DNA of 58,690 bases, filler included, from Sluysia triapertura (Eukaryota): assembly GCA_046118255.1 (NCBI GenBank). It is 4 parts of 4 records of this genome, joined end to end, with 100 filler letters (N's around TTAATTAATTAA, not from the genome) between each part and the next. Parts side by side here need not be neighbours in the genome. Positions count along the whole stretch, not along the records: positions 26,899 to 38,796 come from JBJNIA010159267.1; positions 38,897 to 58,690 come from JBJNIA010043239.1; 2 more parts are not named here. One strand, 5' to 3'. Within the stretch, counting starts at the first letter, position 1. Each line of letters starts with the position of its first letter. Under the pieces are notes generated by a model. It was given only the letters and a program-made list of their open reading frames with translations, was not told where the DNA came from and ran no database searches. Position numbers and translations under genes: made by a program. This document shows positions 26,899 to 39,942 of this stretch, piece after piece.

Positions 26899-29707
26899 GG
26901 ATTAGGGTAAAATTAAACTTAATATACTAACTATTGAAATTATTAAGATTTAAACTGAACAAGATATTAATAGTGAGCTTAATATTTAGCAAGCATCAAA
27001 GGCGCAACAATTCCGTTATAATAAAACATGAAATTCCACTAATAGAAGATAAAGTAATTAGAAAGAAACCTTATAGAATTCCATTATGCAATCTACAGGA
27101 AATGAAAGATCAAATATACGCAATGAAAAAATCTGGAGTAATTAGACCAAGCTTTTCTCCATTCTCATCACCAGTATTATTACTTAAGAAAAAAGATGGA
27201 ACTATGAGATTTTATATTAATTTTAGAGAACTATATAAGATAACAAAAAAAGATGTGTTTCCTCTACCGAGAAGTGATGAGATATTGGATAAATTAGGCA
27301 ACGCTAAATATTTTACTACATTAGATCTGCAGAGTGGTTATTGGCAAATAGAAATTGCAGAAAAAGATAAACATAAAACAGCATTCTCATGTGGCGATGA
27401 ATTATATGAGTATGAAAAGATGCCATTTGCATTAACAGGTGCACCGGCAACATTCCAAAGATGTATAAATTTCGTGCTATCTGGTTATAAAATGTTATAA
27501 TAATGATATTTTCAAAAGATTTTAACGCACATGTAGTTGACATAGATAACACGTTAAAAAGATTAGAAGTAGCAAGACTAAAAATTAAGCCAACTACAAG
27601 TTCAATTTTTAGGTCATATAGTTTCACTTAAAGGTATAAAACCAAATCCTAAAAACATAAAAAAGTTGTGAAGTTTCCACCACCAGGTAATGTTAAGAAA
27701 GTTCAAAGTTTTCTAGGATTGGCAAATTATTATAGAATATTCGTAAAAGATTTTGCAAAATTAGCTCGACCTTTAAGAATGCTAACACAAAAGAATGCAA
27801 CATTTAAATGGACTGAAGAACAAACAAAGGCATTCATTGAATAAAAGAAAAGATTAACAAACGCACCAATACTAATGTTCCCAGATATGAGTAAACCGTT
27901 TATACTAACAACCGATGCTAGTAATATTGGAATAGGAACAATCCTGGGACAAAAAATAAAGAAAATGTAGAAGGTGTTATAGATTATGCAAGCAGGAGAT
28001 TAAATAAAGCTGAATTAAGTTATTCAACCATTGAAAAAGAATGTCTAGCAATTATATTGCATGTAAACTGTTTCGAAATTATCTATTAGGACAAAAAGTA
28101 CTTTTATACACGATCATAAACCATTAACATATCTGTATAACCATAGGGACGATGTAAGTAGATTAAATAGGTGGTTCACGAAGTTAGCTGAATTTGATTT
28201 ACAAATAATATATCAACCAGGATCAATAAACAACGGTGCTGATTGTATGTCTCCATTAACAAATACAGATGAACATGGAAATGTAAATTTTATACAAATA
28301 ATGTCAATTTCTGGTAAGGTTGAAGAACAAAAAGAAATAATCAAACATCAAAGAGAAGATGAGGAAATGTCATAGGCATTCGAAGCTATAGCAAAAGGGT
28401 TGTTAAATGAAGATCACGCTAAAAAATTATCAGTAACAGACGGTATATTACGTTTTAGAGATTCAAAAGATGAATGGAAAACGAATGTACCAAAATCTTT
28501 AAAAACACCACTATTAATTCAATATCATAACAGACAATTAGGCGGGCACTTATCAACAAGAAAAACATTATCAAGAATTAAAAATAAATATTATTGGGAT
28601 AGTATGGAAGAAGATATTAAAATTGTGTAAGAATTGTGCTATTTGTTGTAGAAGAAAAAGTAGTGGAATAAAAACAAAAGTACCACTAAAACCTAAGCCA
28701 ATACCACTTCCTCCAATGGAATTCACTGCAATGGATATAATGGGACCATTGCCCTAAACAATAAATGGAAATAAATATATAATAGTATTTGATGATTATA
28801 TAACAAAATGGCCAGAAGCTTATCCGATACCAAATCAGAAAGCTGAAACAGTGGCACAAATATTATTAGAAAAAATAATATACAGATATGGAACTCCGAG
28901 AAAATTGTTGACTGATCAAGGAACCAATTTTATAAGTGATGTGATAAAATCTGTTGCAAAGATATTTAATATTTTAAAAATATATACATTATCATACAAT
29001 CCACAGACAGATGGGTTAGTAGAAAGATTCAACCGAACATTAATAAATATGTTACAATCATATGTAAATGAAAGAGAGAAAGATTGGGATTTATATATAT
29101 CACCATGCTTATTTGCCTACAGAAGTTCAGTACACCCTGCTACCAATTTCACACCATTTTATCTTATGTACGGTAGACATTCAAACATGCCAGTAGACTT
29201 AGATTGGGTACCACCTTCATCTCAATCTTTGGAAACTCCTGAATGTGTTACTATTATGAGAGAAAATTTACAAGATGCATGGAAACGTGCTGGATTACAA
29301 ATACGTTATACACAAGAAACTTATGAAGATAACTATGACAAAAAAGCAAATGATCATAATTTTAAAGTAGGATATAAGGTATTGGTAGATTATCCAATAG
29401 CAAAACCAGGAAACTCTCCAAAATTGCACAAACCGTTTAAAGGACTTTATGAGGTAATGAAAACAACTTCTACTAATCTATATATAAAGAAATCTAATGA
29501 TATGAATGCTGAAACTTTTGTTGTAAATCGAGTAAATTAGCACCTAATGACGAATATAATTTAAGAGATAGAAACGTTACGAAAAGTATTTTGAAAGTTA
29601 AACTGAGAATTAAGGGTAGAGACAAACCATCTAGATCATTAAGCACACCATCTAAACCAGTGAGTACAGATACAACAAATAATAAATCAATAAGTACAAT
29701 AATATGA
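26899..29707 (+). mobile_element. Ty3/Gypsy pol (RT-RNase H-integrase), disrupted
   Basis: RT: KPYRIP, SPFSSPVLL.KKKDGTMRF, TLDLQSGYWQI; the YxDD segment is deleted near 27500. RNase H: TTDASNIGIG, YSTIEKECLAI, DHKPL. Integrase: HHCC region, MDIMGPLP, TDQGTNF, PQTDGLVERFNRTL, GPY/F-like KPFKGLYEV and YNLR tail. Multiple frameshifts and stops. Confidence 0.96.
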
Positions 29708-30187
29708 TAACTTCTTCTTTTAATATACAATCATTCAATCAAAGATGAGTGCGAGCAGTTATAGATACCTGTTCGAATAACACTATTATTAATTATAATG
29801 TACTAAATGCTTTAGAAATTAATGTTACAACAAGCTGGTATACGACTATTTGCAGTGGATGGCTCACATATTCTATTTAATGGTATATTACAATGTCAAT
29901 TAACAATCCTAGATGTGGATTTATTTGTAACAATATTAGCTTGGAAAAGATGCCCGTATGATATTATATTAGGAATGGAAGTATTAATCAAATTAGAAAA
30001 TGTAGTAATACATGGAAGACTAGGATTTCTCAAAATACGTTTAGGTACTTATGTAGTATTACCACAATTAGTTTTACCTCCAATGCCAAGAGCAGTACAA
30101 CCAATACAACAGCAAAATTATCAAATTGCTCCATTAAATTCAAGAATACCACCATCACCAACTCCAAATTGGGAAAATCTTAATTGA
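29704..30187 (+). pseudogene. Retropepsin-like aspartic protease ORF downstream of integrase
   Basis: MITSSFNIQSFNQR*VRAVIDTCSNNTIINYNVL, then a frameshift into IRLFAVDGSHILFNG...CPYDIILGMEVL (DT(G>C)S, flap and ILG motifs), followed by a Pro/Gln-rich tail. Confidence 0.75.
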
Positions 30188-31189
30188 TGGGATACCACAG
30201 TCTCTTCAACTTCAGGTATAAGAACAGACAACAATAATAACAATAATACTACTGATAATAATAGTAGTATTAGCAATAGTGATAGTAGTATAATGTTTAT
30301 AGATTTCTTCATATAATAACTTTCATATTATTTCTATTTCAATTAATAACTATGATAACTCATTATCCGGTAAATTTAACAAGTTATACTAATACTAAAC
30401 AAGACATCTTCCTATCAAATACCTTCTATAGATTTTGGACAGCTGAAATTGATAATAGAAACGAAATTCCCGATTATAATTTGATATATACTGCATATAT
30501 TTTGAACCACTAATAATAAAAAAGCTTTTGACAATAGATAACATTTTCAAATGTGAGCATTCAATTCAATATACCACAATAATAGCTTTCACACTTTACA
30601 ATAAGACAGTAACAATAGATTTTATGGATATTTTTAAGAAGAATGATATAAATATAACAATAAGTACACCAATACCTACTACTATGGACAAAGTACTGAA
30701 TATTACTACCCAATTAAGTAAGAATATAAGTAAGACAAATAGAATGGAAATACAAAATGTTTTATAGTTGCACTCTTAATCTTTACCATAATCTATATGA
30801 TATTTACTATTGATTACACAGTCACCTGTAATAGGGTTATAAGAGTTAATAATAGAATACCGAGTGTGATGTTACTTACCTTAGTAACATTAATATCAAT
30901 TACTGATGCGTCACAGAGAATTTACAAATCAAGATATTTGGATTTTTATAACTTTGATACAGAAATACAAATTAATAGAAATGCAGAATTAACAAATTAA
31001 TACAGAAATTACAAATTTCAAAATAATGAATCAAAATATTAATATTAATAATAACAATTATAATAATAATATATTAATAATAGTCTTATTATTATAAATC
31101 ATAAAAAACATTTCATAATTTAAAGTATATTCACTAACAAACAATTTATATATTTAAATCAGAATTAAAATTAAATTTCGTAAAACGAA

Positions 31190-33423
31190 TTAACTTAACA
31201 AAAATGTAATTCATTCATATGATTCAGGTTTTTAAAAATAGGTCCATAAAGTCCACCATTGCAGTTATTATTGGCACATATGGGCTTGATTTCAAGATTC
31301 TGTTTAATATACGATGTATCCGATGACGAGTTATAATCATTACATTTAAGTGAGCAGGAATTGATTGCAGTCGAATGTCCGGCGATATTAGGACTACTGA
31401 ATCTGCGACCAAATTCTTTTGTACTCGACCTAAATCTTAATGATCAATTTAATTTAAACTCACTCTTTGTTGAACAATTGTTTACTAATTAAATTTGGAT
31501 GATTAACAAATAAAATAGTCGACATATTTATGGGAATTGTTTATTAACTGCCACAAAATTTGGCTCTAGATGTGCGTCGTTTCAAGCGTAATACAGTATC
31601 GTTAAAAGCGTTTAGTGTTTCAAAATTAGCAGTTTCTTTTAAGCGTAAGTTTAAACAATATAAACAATTTTGCATTAACTATCTGAATAAAAAAATTAAT
31701 GAAACAATAAATAGAAATACTTACAAAGATGTTTATGAAATTCGTAGTTTGAATAATTAAATGCTCTAATTTAATATGTTATATATTTGATTTTAAATGA
31801 GAACGTTTTGACCTTCGATATTTTCATTTCATTCTTAATTTCAGTCATTTGGAATTTGTTTATTTTATTAAATAAGTAAGGTATTGTTATTCAAGATTAT
31901 ACAATCAAGTATGCTATTATTCAGCGCTTATGTATTTTAATAATTTTAACGGTATCATGAATTATATTAGTGATTTAATGAACTCTAACCGCATACATTA
32001 ATGCTAATTGACGTCAAACTTTGATTTTTAAAAATTAAATTTTCATAGCGCTTTATTTTAATGCTTGAAGTTATTTTATACTTTCATAGATAATATAATA
32101 TAGACAAGTTATATTTTTTAACAATCACAAAGTACACTATACTGAGTGTGCAACTTAGTAATGGGGATAATCTACAATCATATTAATAAACTGTAATTAT
32201 CGTTAAATTGCAATATAAACTAAAATAGGCAATAATTAACTTTTTAATGTACATGTTTAACACTAAACGTACCGAGCGAGTTCAAATGAACCCTTTCATT
32301 GTAGTTTAAAATTTACCTTAAAATCGTGCATTCAATGATATTTCTTTCGCTCATTTCACTTTCACTTATGTCATCTGGTTTTTCAGTTTCTCGCATCCTT
32401 TTTTTTCTTAGCGTATCTTTTACGTATTGCGAGGAGTCATTTGACCCCATACGAAGTTTACGTATTTTCCGGCAAGTCTCCAACTGGAACCTTAATTTGA
32501 AACTCAGATATCTCATATGTGTGTTTGGTTTGAGAATGCTGTGGTTTTCTTAATGCTAAACCTAAGGCAAATAAAAAGGCAGGGTTCAGTTAAATACTTC
32601 AATTATCAGCTTTAATTTTGGACCCTTTGCCTGATTTACCTTCAGAAATTTTTGTTGCACTTCATCGATCTGCTTGAATCTTTTTTTGACTAAATAAAAA
32701 TTACAAATATATATAAAATTAAGACTCACAAAATGGCTCTTGAAGCTACGTGTGTTGTTTCTCTCTAAATTTGTAGTCGCTTCTTCATTGAGTGGATTCG
32801 CAGCATAATCATTGTATGATAAGTATACATTAGATGAATCTGGATTATGGTCTCTTATCTCGTGATTGTGGTCGTTACTTGTAGAAAAACTTTGATCTTC
32901 GAATTCAATGTATAGTGTCGCTAAATTTTCGGTATTACTCTCATCTTGTATAAAATTTTTAACTTTTTCATTTCTTAGAATTAATTTTTCAAAATCTCGT
33001 TGAAACTCATCGTAATCACTTTCTGATAACTCTTCAAGTTCATAAGATATTTCGTCAATAGAAATAGTATATCTTTTATTTGTTCTAGATGGATCTTCTT
33101 TAATATCAAATGTATCACTAAGATAATACTGGAAAAACTTGGGTTATTCCAACTTTTTTGAAGACTGAACGATTATTTTAATTCTTCTTCTGCAAAGGAT
33201 ATGTTATTTATATCATCTTCATTAAGGTTTTCGTTAGTATCAGCTGAAAAATTAAAATTACGTGAAAATTCACTCTTATCTAGAATTAATAGTATATATC
33301 GTTATTCGTTACAACTGGAAGTTTCGATGCATACGTCATATCAGGATATTCCATATCAAACATTGATTTGTTTCGAAAATTGATCAATTTAAATTTTAAT
33401 TTTGATAATGTTAATGAGCTCAT
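31190..33423 (-). pseudogene. Spliced gene or pseudogene of unknown function, acidic protein
   Basis: About 135 open codons from ~33140 to 32730 (YLSDTFDIKEDPSRTNKRY...RSFKSHF) ending at a GTGAGT donor with a ~39-nt intron. Further exon-like open segments lie at ~31680-31545 and ~31440-31190. The exon chain is not resolved. Confidence 0.4.
32257..32468. mobile_element. Degenerate piggyBac-like MITE
   Basis: TTAA-CACTAAACGTACCG...GTTCAAATGAACCC, with an imperfect inverted counterpart GGAGTCATTTGACCCC...GAAGTTTACGTATT. Confidence 0.4.
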
Positions 33424-33699
33424 TTGAATTTGTATTTCTTTTTCAACTCGATATCTATTGCCAAAGTAGCGTTTTTTTGTACATGAATAATTTAATTGTG
33501 ACAATTTTTGGTAATGTGTGTAGTATTCTAAACTGCCCAATATTGAGAATTATATGCACTTCGATTGGGCAATAACAAAAAATTAATTTTCGACAATCGG
33601 TGGTGTCATTCTAATGACAATTTTAAACAGCGTAAATAGCACTGATGACGGCAGCAACTAATTTAATACGATTTATTAAAAATAATTTGAATGTTTAAT

Positions 33700-33700
33700 T

Positions 33701-33746
<46 letters not shown>

Positions 33747-34579
33747 TAATAACAACAATAACATTGTTATTATTATTAATTAAAGATCGCATAAAATCTT
33801 GTTTAGAACTTCTACACGATCTTTTATGTTATGTTCTTTAACGTTCTAACATATAAATAAAAAGCAATAAAAATGATAACATGTGGTGAAAGAACAACGA
33901 TAATGAGGTATACTACGTATGGGTTATCGCTGTTGCTTCATATTTAAAATAATGAACTCTTTAAGGCTTTATTAAGTTTGTTTATAAATGTAAAAGAAAT
34001 GACTCGAGTTATACTTAAGACGAATTACTAAATTTTGTTAGGGTATGATTCTTGAATATGATAGTTTGAGATGGTTATTGAAAGGTTGTAGTTTGTTTAG
34101 TTTTAAACGACGATTACAAAATAAATCTTTGCGTATTTATATTGTTATTAAAAATAGATGTTGATGCTAAATATGTATAGCTGAAGTGGATTTAGCTTGG
34201 TGTAGTTGATTAAGGATTTTAATGTAAATGATTTATGTTTCTGAGGTAATTGTTAACGTTGTTGAATGGTGTTATTGTGTTTATGAATTGTGTATGATAT
34301 GCTGTGATTGTGACTTGTTTGTTAGAATATCTTAAAAGTGAGTGTTGTGAATTATTCGAGATTATTGTGCTGTGGAAAGTTAAAAGTGTTAGTCGAATTG
34401 TTAATGTGTGTGAATTAATGAGATGTTGTAAATATCGAGTATTGTTTATGGTGATTGTGTTGGTGTAATTCGATAGTGAAAAGTGATTGTTTTGAAAATT
34501 GAATTTTGGTGAAATATAACTTGTGAATATTAAATATGGTGTTTTGATAAATTCTGAGTTATGAGTGCTTGCCACTACA
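33700..34579 (-). repeat. Skewed cassette repeat, copy C
   Basis: Starts TGTAGTGGCAAG (34579), A/C-rich body, AAAAGATCGTGTA (33825-33813), then an (ATT/GTT)n tail. Confidence 0.65.
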
Positions 34580-34622
34580 CTGTTTGTGCAAAATGCATGT
34601 GGTACGACTTGAGCAACCTTAC

Positions 34623-35171
34623 CTATTGCTTGCAATAAGGAACGCAAGTCAGCTGCATGGTATATGGTCTATTTAAGAAATCAAAAGCGTAAGAGTGGAC
34701 AGTAAAAACTAAATGATCTTCTTCGTTAGCGGCAAAGGGTGGAACATGCGTGAAAGAAACATCGCTGTTCCAACGCTCCAAATTAACTGCGTTATCCTTA
34801 TAAAGATTTGGGATAAAAGACTGGTAATGGAATAATGAGGCAACACAAGTAGGCAATTCTGCAGCTTCGATTACAATGTAACTATTCCTATGAAGACTGG
34901 ATACATAGGATGAAGAGAAACTATGTATCCTCGTCAAATAAGGAGCCACAACTACATACAAAGACTTGATATAATCTGGAATATTTGTTAGACCATTTAA
35001 TAATATGTGAGATTTTTCAGGTGCGAAGGCGAAAATATGTGTGGCGAGGTTAAGATCCAATTCAGATTTCACGTTGTTATGAAAGAAAGCAGAAGTGATG
35101 TTCTCGTGACAAAACTTTCGATGTATACGTAGAAATTCTTTTGTTAGTTGAGGATCTTCGCTTCCATTATA
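34623..35171 (-). CDS. Unknown ~180-codon exon
   Basis: Open from an AG acceptor (35173-35172) to TAG at 34623, followed by a 43-nt GTAAGG...ACAG intron leading into the cassette repeat; higher GC than the flanks. Confidence 0.45.
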   Translation of the reverse strand, partial: YNGSEDPQLTKEFLRIHRKFCHENITSAFFHNNVKSELDLNLATHIFAFAPEKSHILLNGLTNIPDYIKSLYVVVAPYLTRIHSFSSSYVSSLHRNSYIVIEAAELPTCVASLFHYQSFIPNLYKDNAVNLERWNSDVSFTHVPPFAANEEDHLVFTVHSYAFDFLNRPYTMQLTCVPYCKQ

Positions 35172-35543
35172 CTAAAGTAGTAGGTGAATCATAAAATAAA
35201 ATTGTACAAAGCAAAACAAAACCGAACAAAACACACAAAAAAATAAGTAAGTTAATAATTTTTCTAATTACAAAACTTGTTTATATATTTGTATTATACG
35301 ATTTTACGAAAAGCTTATCGTCTTTTCTTTAAGAATGGGTTAGTCGGCTAGTAGTACCATTTTTGCTAACGTCTTGTATTTTATAATAAGTGTTTGAGTT
35401 GGCGTCTACGTCTGTTTCTTTTTTGAGATTTTGTCAAGTTCCGAATTATGATTGGAGGCGGCCTAACCAAGCCATTCTTACTAAGATTCTTATATCTGTA
35501 ACAAATTGATAAATATCAATACCTGGTTCCCCAGAAGAATCCG

Positions 35544-35730
35544 TTATGTATTTGACTGGAAAAGTGCGTTTTCGAAAAAAGATTTTCGAAATGTGCGTTT
35601 ATAATAGGTATCGCACTCAACAATAGTAGTCCTACATAATGGACAAGAAGGTAAAGGTGACAAAGAGGTGTTGTCTTGGCAAATATTTTCGAATTGACAT
35701 GAGGCAAATGGCACATGTTGAGTAAGACAT
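35544..35730 (-). pseudogene. RING-finger remnant with internal deletion
   Basis: ATG 35730 gives MSYSTCAICLMSI; another frame gives SLSPLPSCPLCRTTIV. The two RING ends are present and the central CxH...CxxC is missing. Confidence 0.6.
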
Positions 35731-35789
35731 GGTTTTTACTAAAAAAATAAAATATAATAAGATAATAATTAAGTAATACTAGTAATTTT

Positions 35790-36360
35790 AAAATTCATTT
35801 AAAACATTTTAACTCATAATTTCATAACATTATAATCATAATTACATTAGTTAACATTGTATAATTACCTTTTCAGAATGTATCAAAACCTTTTTCATAT
35901 TTTATTTCTTTCAAATCCACTGAAAAAACCATTTTCATACCTCAAAACATTTTAAAGTTACAATCTGTCAACATCCAAACTTTACTTTTATTCAAAACCA
36001 TCAATCTACATTTAAAAGTCATTCAAAACATTTTAATCCACAATTTCATAACATCAGAATTACAATTTACATATTAAACTATCTTAAAATCAATCCAAAA
36101 CATTTCAATTTCATTAACTTCGATGAAAAACATTAAATTAAATCAACTTTACATCACTAGCAAAACGGAATTTCTTTAACATCTTTAAGAAGACTTTTAC
36201 TTATATTTGAAAGAAGAATTTATTTAAGAAATGTTTATTCAAAAGAAATCTATTTTAAAATTTTAAAAAAGAGAAAGTTATAAAAGCAAAGATTTATGTG
36301 TTTATTTTGTTTTATTTATTATTATTTAATGGTATTATTTTTATTATCATCATCATTAAC
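35790..36360 (+). repeat. Skewed cassette repeat, copy D
   Basis: ATTCAAAACATTTTAA.CCACAATTTCATAACATCAGAATTACAATTTACA...AATCCAAAACATTTCAA...GAAAAACATTAAA shared with 48085-48235; internal duplication at ~35793 and ~36020; ATT-rich tail. Confidence 0.75.
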
Positions 36361-36998
36361 AAAATCAAGATTTTATTACTTCATGGCAACTACTTTAACA
36401 TAATTAAAATATATTCTCCTGTCACCATTTTTAATGCTTATTAACTAATTGTACAAGCATTCATTATAAAGCATCATGCATGCAGACACTAAATCAAATT
36501 TTTTTCTTGTAACTCGATTGGACACCCAATTAATTCTAACTTTATACATTTTGTCTTTTATGGTTTTAGACGTCCAATCACACACGAGTAATAACATACT
36601 TACAATTTCACAAATTAAAAAATTACAAAAATTGTGTTTTTAAAAATTTTATTGTAATGCAATCAAAAAACAAATTTTTCATGCTTATGTTAATTAAATC
36701 GGTTGTTTACAATATTATGATTATTGTATTCGAATAATAAATATAAAAGAAAGATTTGGTTTTCCATTGTATATAGTATTCAAATATGTTGATAGAAATA
36801 TAGTACTATAGAAATATAGAAATATAGATAATTTAAAAATTGGTTATATTGTTTATTCTGCTAACTCCAAGAAAAAAGAGATGGTAAATGCGAAGATAGA
36901 TGTGATGTAGTTCAATATTTTAAAGACCAGAATAATTATTTATTAAATATAAAATTTGTTAAGTCAAAGTTAACTACAAATGAAAATTTAGTTTTAGT

Positions 36999-37445
36999 AT
37001 GATTCATGAATTACTTAAGGTACAACCGAAAGTTATAAACTTTTTAAATTATGAAATTAATGAAATCTATGTTAGATTAATGCCAGTACAAAATATTAGT
37101 ACAAGAAGTTTGACTGAACGATTTCATATACCTCATTCTAAAGAATTTATTATAATTTGTAAAAGTAACACAAAAGCCATGTTATCAGGTTTTAATCATG
37201 TTTGTATTCATAGATTAATTATAACAAGTGATGATCAAGTTATAGAAATTTCTATTAATATATTTCTAGGGTTACACAAATTAGTTATTACAAATATAGA
37301 TGTTGATTCATTTGTCATGACAAATAAAATAGCATCATTAAAGACATACTTGTCGAATGATAGATCAAAAACTGGCTGTTTGAAGTTTTTCTACAATAAT
37401 GAAAATTACTATTATAAAAACAACCCAAACTGGGGAATGTTCTAG
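36999..37445 (+). CDS. Hypothetical 148-aa ORF, possibly part of a decayed gene extending to ~37700
   Basis: ORF track; protein-like reading continues past the stop; no family recognised. Confidence 0.3.
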   Translation: MIHELLKVQPKVINFLNYEINEIYVRLMPVQNISTRSLTERFHIPHSKEFIIICKSNTKAMLSGFNHVCIHRLIITSDDQVIEISINIFLGLHKLVITNIDVDSFVMTNKIASLKTYLSNDRSKTGCLKFFYNNENYYYKNNPNWGMF

Positions 37446-38274
37446 ATATAGGATGAACTGTCGATATTGCCACATATTCATGGTTACCCAACAAATTTTA
37501 ACGACCACTACGATAGAATCAAATCTTGTTTATCAACCTTGGCAAACATACCTGACCTGATATAGAGAACTCGTCTATTTGTGCTGTCAGCATTACTAAT
37601 TATGACTGCGTTAACGTGCCATCTGATTCTCTGACACAAGATGAGATTGAAGTATATACTAATTCAACTGAAATTTTATACTTGTACTTTTTAGTGATGT
37701 TTACAAATACATGGAATGGCATATTCAGAAATTGTCAAAACAATTTAATAGGAAATTTATGTAATAAAAATAAATAGATTTAGTTGTTGCTTTCACATTT
37801 TATTAGATTTTCGGAAATTCAAATTAAATTCGGTAATAAAACTTTTAATCAAAAGTAATTTCAATTGTAATTTTCATTTTCCTATAACATTTTTAACGAA
37901 AGTGTATTAATTTTATATTCAAAGACTTTTAATAAGCAAATTATTTTAATAAAAAATAAACTAAATAAATTCTTACCACAAAAATGGTGTCAGGAATTCA
38001 AAGAAACCCTGTTATTTTCTGAATATGACACGAAACCATGTTTTACAAAATTTACATAAATCTTTTAAATTATAAACATAATTTTCAACATAATATCGTA
38101 GAAAAATATGCAAACAATCATAATTATCTTTATAACAACAATTCTAATAATAGTAATATGCATGTTTTTCTCGATAAGTATACAAATAGAAATAAATTAT
38201 ACATATAAATATATGTAGAAATACTATTAAAACTATATTGTACTATTAAGACTATTTTGTACATAATAAACTTC

Positions 38275-38320
38275 TTAACCCCTTCCCAGTTTATGCCGTA
38301 TATATGCGGCACCAAAACAA
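38275..38320. mobile_element. piggyBac-like terminus
   Basis: TTAA-CCCCTTCCCAG followed by the near-palindrome TGCCGTATATATGCGGCA; no partner end found. Confidence 0.4.
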
Positions 38321-38479
38321 TCAAACGAAAAATAAGTTTAATCTTCGTAATATTTATAAAAAGACGTCGGAAATATCTTTATACACTCCAGTATCATAGG
38401 GAGCTCGCCTATGACAATATAAAACAAAAATAAATTCACAATAAGAGCAAGGTCATCCCTGTGAGGTTGTATGATAAAT

Positions 38480-38796
38480 ATTTATATCGCAAAGAATGAA
38501 TAGGTGGTTTATCTTGATCATTTTGTTTTAATTTAACTTTTAATCGTGATTTTTGTACTTTTCTATTCCTTAAACTATATTTTTCTTTTGGAGCAATTGA
38601 CATACACTACAAAAGTTTCAGAGTTAATTTTATTAGGATCCCTAACGAATATATTTATGTCGGTAATTTTAATCACTAAATACGAACCTTTAAATGGCTT
38701 ATGTAGTTTAGGTGAATGACCTGGTTTGGAAAGCGGATAATTTATAAGTATTTCGTCATCTACTTTAAAAGTATGTTCTTTGGCTGATTTGTCATA
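38480..38796 (-). mobile_element. Second Gypsy integrase C-terminus, related to the element at 26899-29707
   Basis: YDKSAKEHTFKVDDEILINYPLSKPGHSPKLHKPFKGSYLV..ETFVV..YSLRNR..LKVKL..DKP, collinear with YDKKANDHNFKVGYKVLVDYPIAKPGNSPKLHKPFKGLYEV..ETFVV..YNLRDR..LKVKL..DKP. Confidence 0.9.
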
Positions 38797-38896
38797 NNNN
38801 NNNNNNNNNNNNNNNNNNNNNNNNNNNNNNNNNNNNNNNNTTAATTAATTAANNNNNNNNNNNNNNNNNNNNNNNNNNNNNNNNNNNNNNNNNNNN
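38797..38896. other. Assembly linker
   Basis: N44-TTAATTAATTAA-N44. Confidence 0.97.
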
Positions 38897-39063
38897 TTTG
38901 AGTTGTTGAAATGAATGTAAGAGTTTATTGAGTTGGGAATGTTAAGATATGGATTAATTTATTGTTGGGTGTAATTTGGTGAGATGTAAAGATTGTAGTT
39001 GTGAGTATTGTTATTTTATGTGATGATTTTTACTTATTTTAAGTTAAGGGGTTGGCCACTACA
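38897..39063 (-). repeat. Skewed cassette repeat, copy E (5' part, cut by the gap)
   Basis: TGTAGTGGCCAACCCCTTAACTTAAAAT followed by an A/C-rich body. Confidence 0.6.
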
Positions 39064-39942
39064 TTCGTAATCTAACAATAAAAATAATAAAAATAAACAT
39101 AGTTAAATTATTATAAAAAATTTTTAAAATCAATATTGTTCATTATTGTTGAAATATATTTATGTGTATATATTTTATAGGATTTTGTCAAATTGAAGGA
39201 ATGATATGATGATAAATTTGTATCAAGCATCAAGTCTGAGAATGAGTTATTCAGAGATACTATTAAAAAAATCTTCTTTTTCTTTCAAATTTTTACAAAT
39301 TGAAAGTAGTCAACATTATGTTACAAGATTTATGGTACAATTGACAACCGTAGGTGAAATAGTATCACATCATCGTTTATTGAAATTGTTGAAAATTTTG
39401 GAAGATGTTTTAGTGTATACATAAAAACATGTAATTTTATTATTAACTATTTACTTGTTTTATTGTTTCTTAATTTTTATAAATAATAAAAAGACAAATT
39501 TTGTTATAGTTTTAAATTTGTTATTTGTTACAGGCCTTACGCCTATTTTGTTATACATAATTGAATTAACGTTTAGACGTTTTTGTTTTATTAATGTTGT
39601 AAATAATCTTCAAAAAAAAGTAAAATTAAATTACAAAAATAATAAATTTCGTAAATTCAAGTATACATTACCCTTCACACACCAACAAACCGTAAAAATT
39701 TGGCATAAATCACCATTATAATGATTTAACCAAGCTTATAATGTACCTAAACTAGCCAATTTTTATATTGGTTGTAAGTTCTCATACAAAAACACCTAAG
39801 CAATTTTAGCCAATTTAATCCATATACGTTCCTTAAAATTAAAACCAAATTAAGTATTCACAAATTTATTTGTATAAATACAGATATTTATATGATGAAA
39901 AACACGTTAAAATAAATTGTATGACAAATATGACTTTTTTAA

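Noticed and set aside
33641-33660. CTGATGA as a hammerhead ribozyme core (also at 44178 and 54231)
   Set aside because: No stem II plus GAAA arrangement.
34219-34647. 142-aa ORF
   Set aside because: Mostly the A/C-rich cassette body, which is open because of composition; it also crosses a predicted intron.
34930-35040. FAFAP...VVVAPY as a DIRS methyltransferase-like motif
   Set aside because: Weak two-motif resemblance, with no RT, RNase H or tyrosine recombinase nearby.
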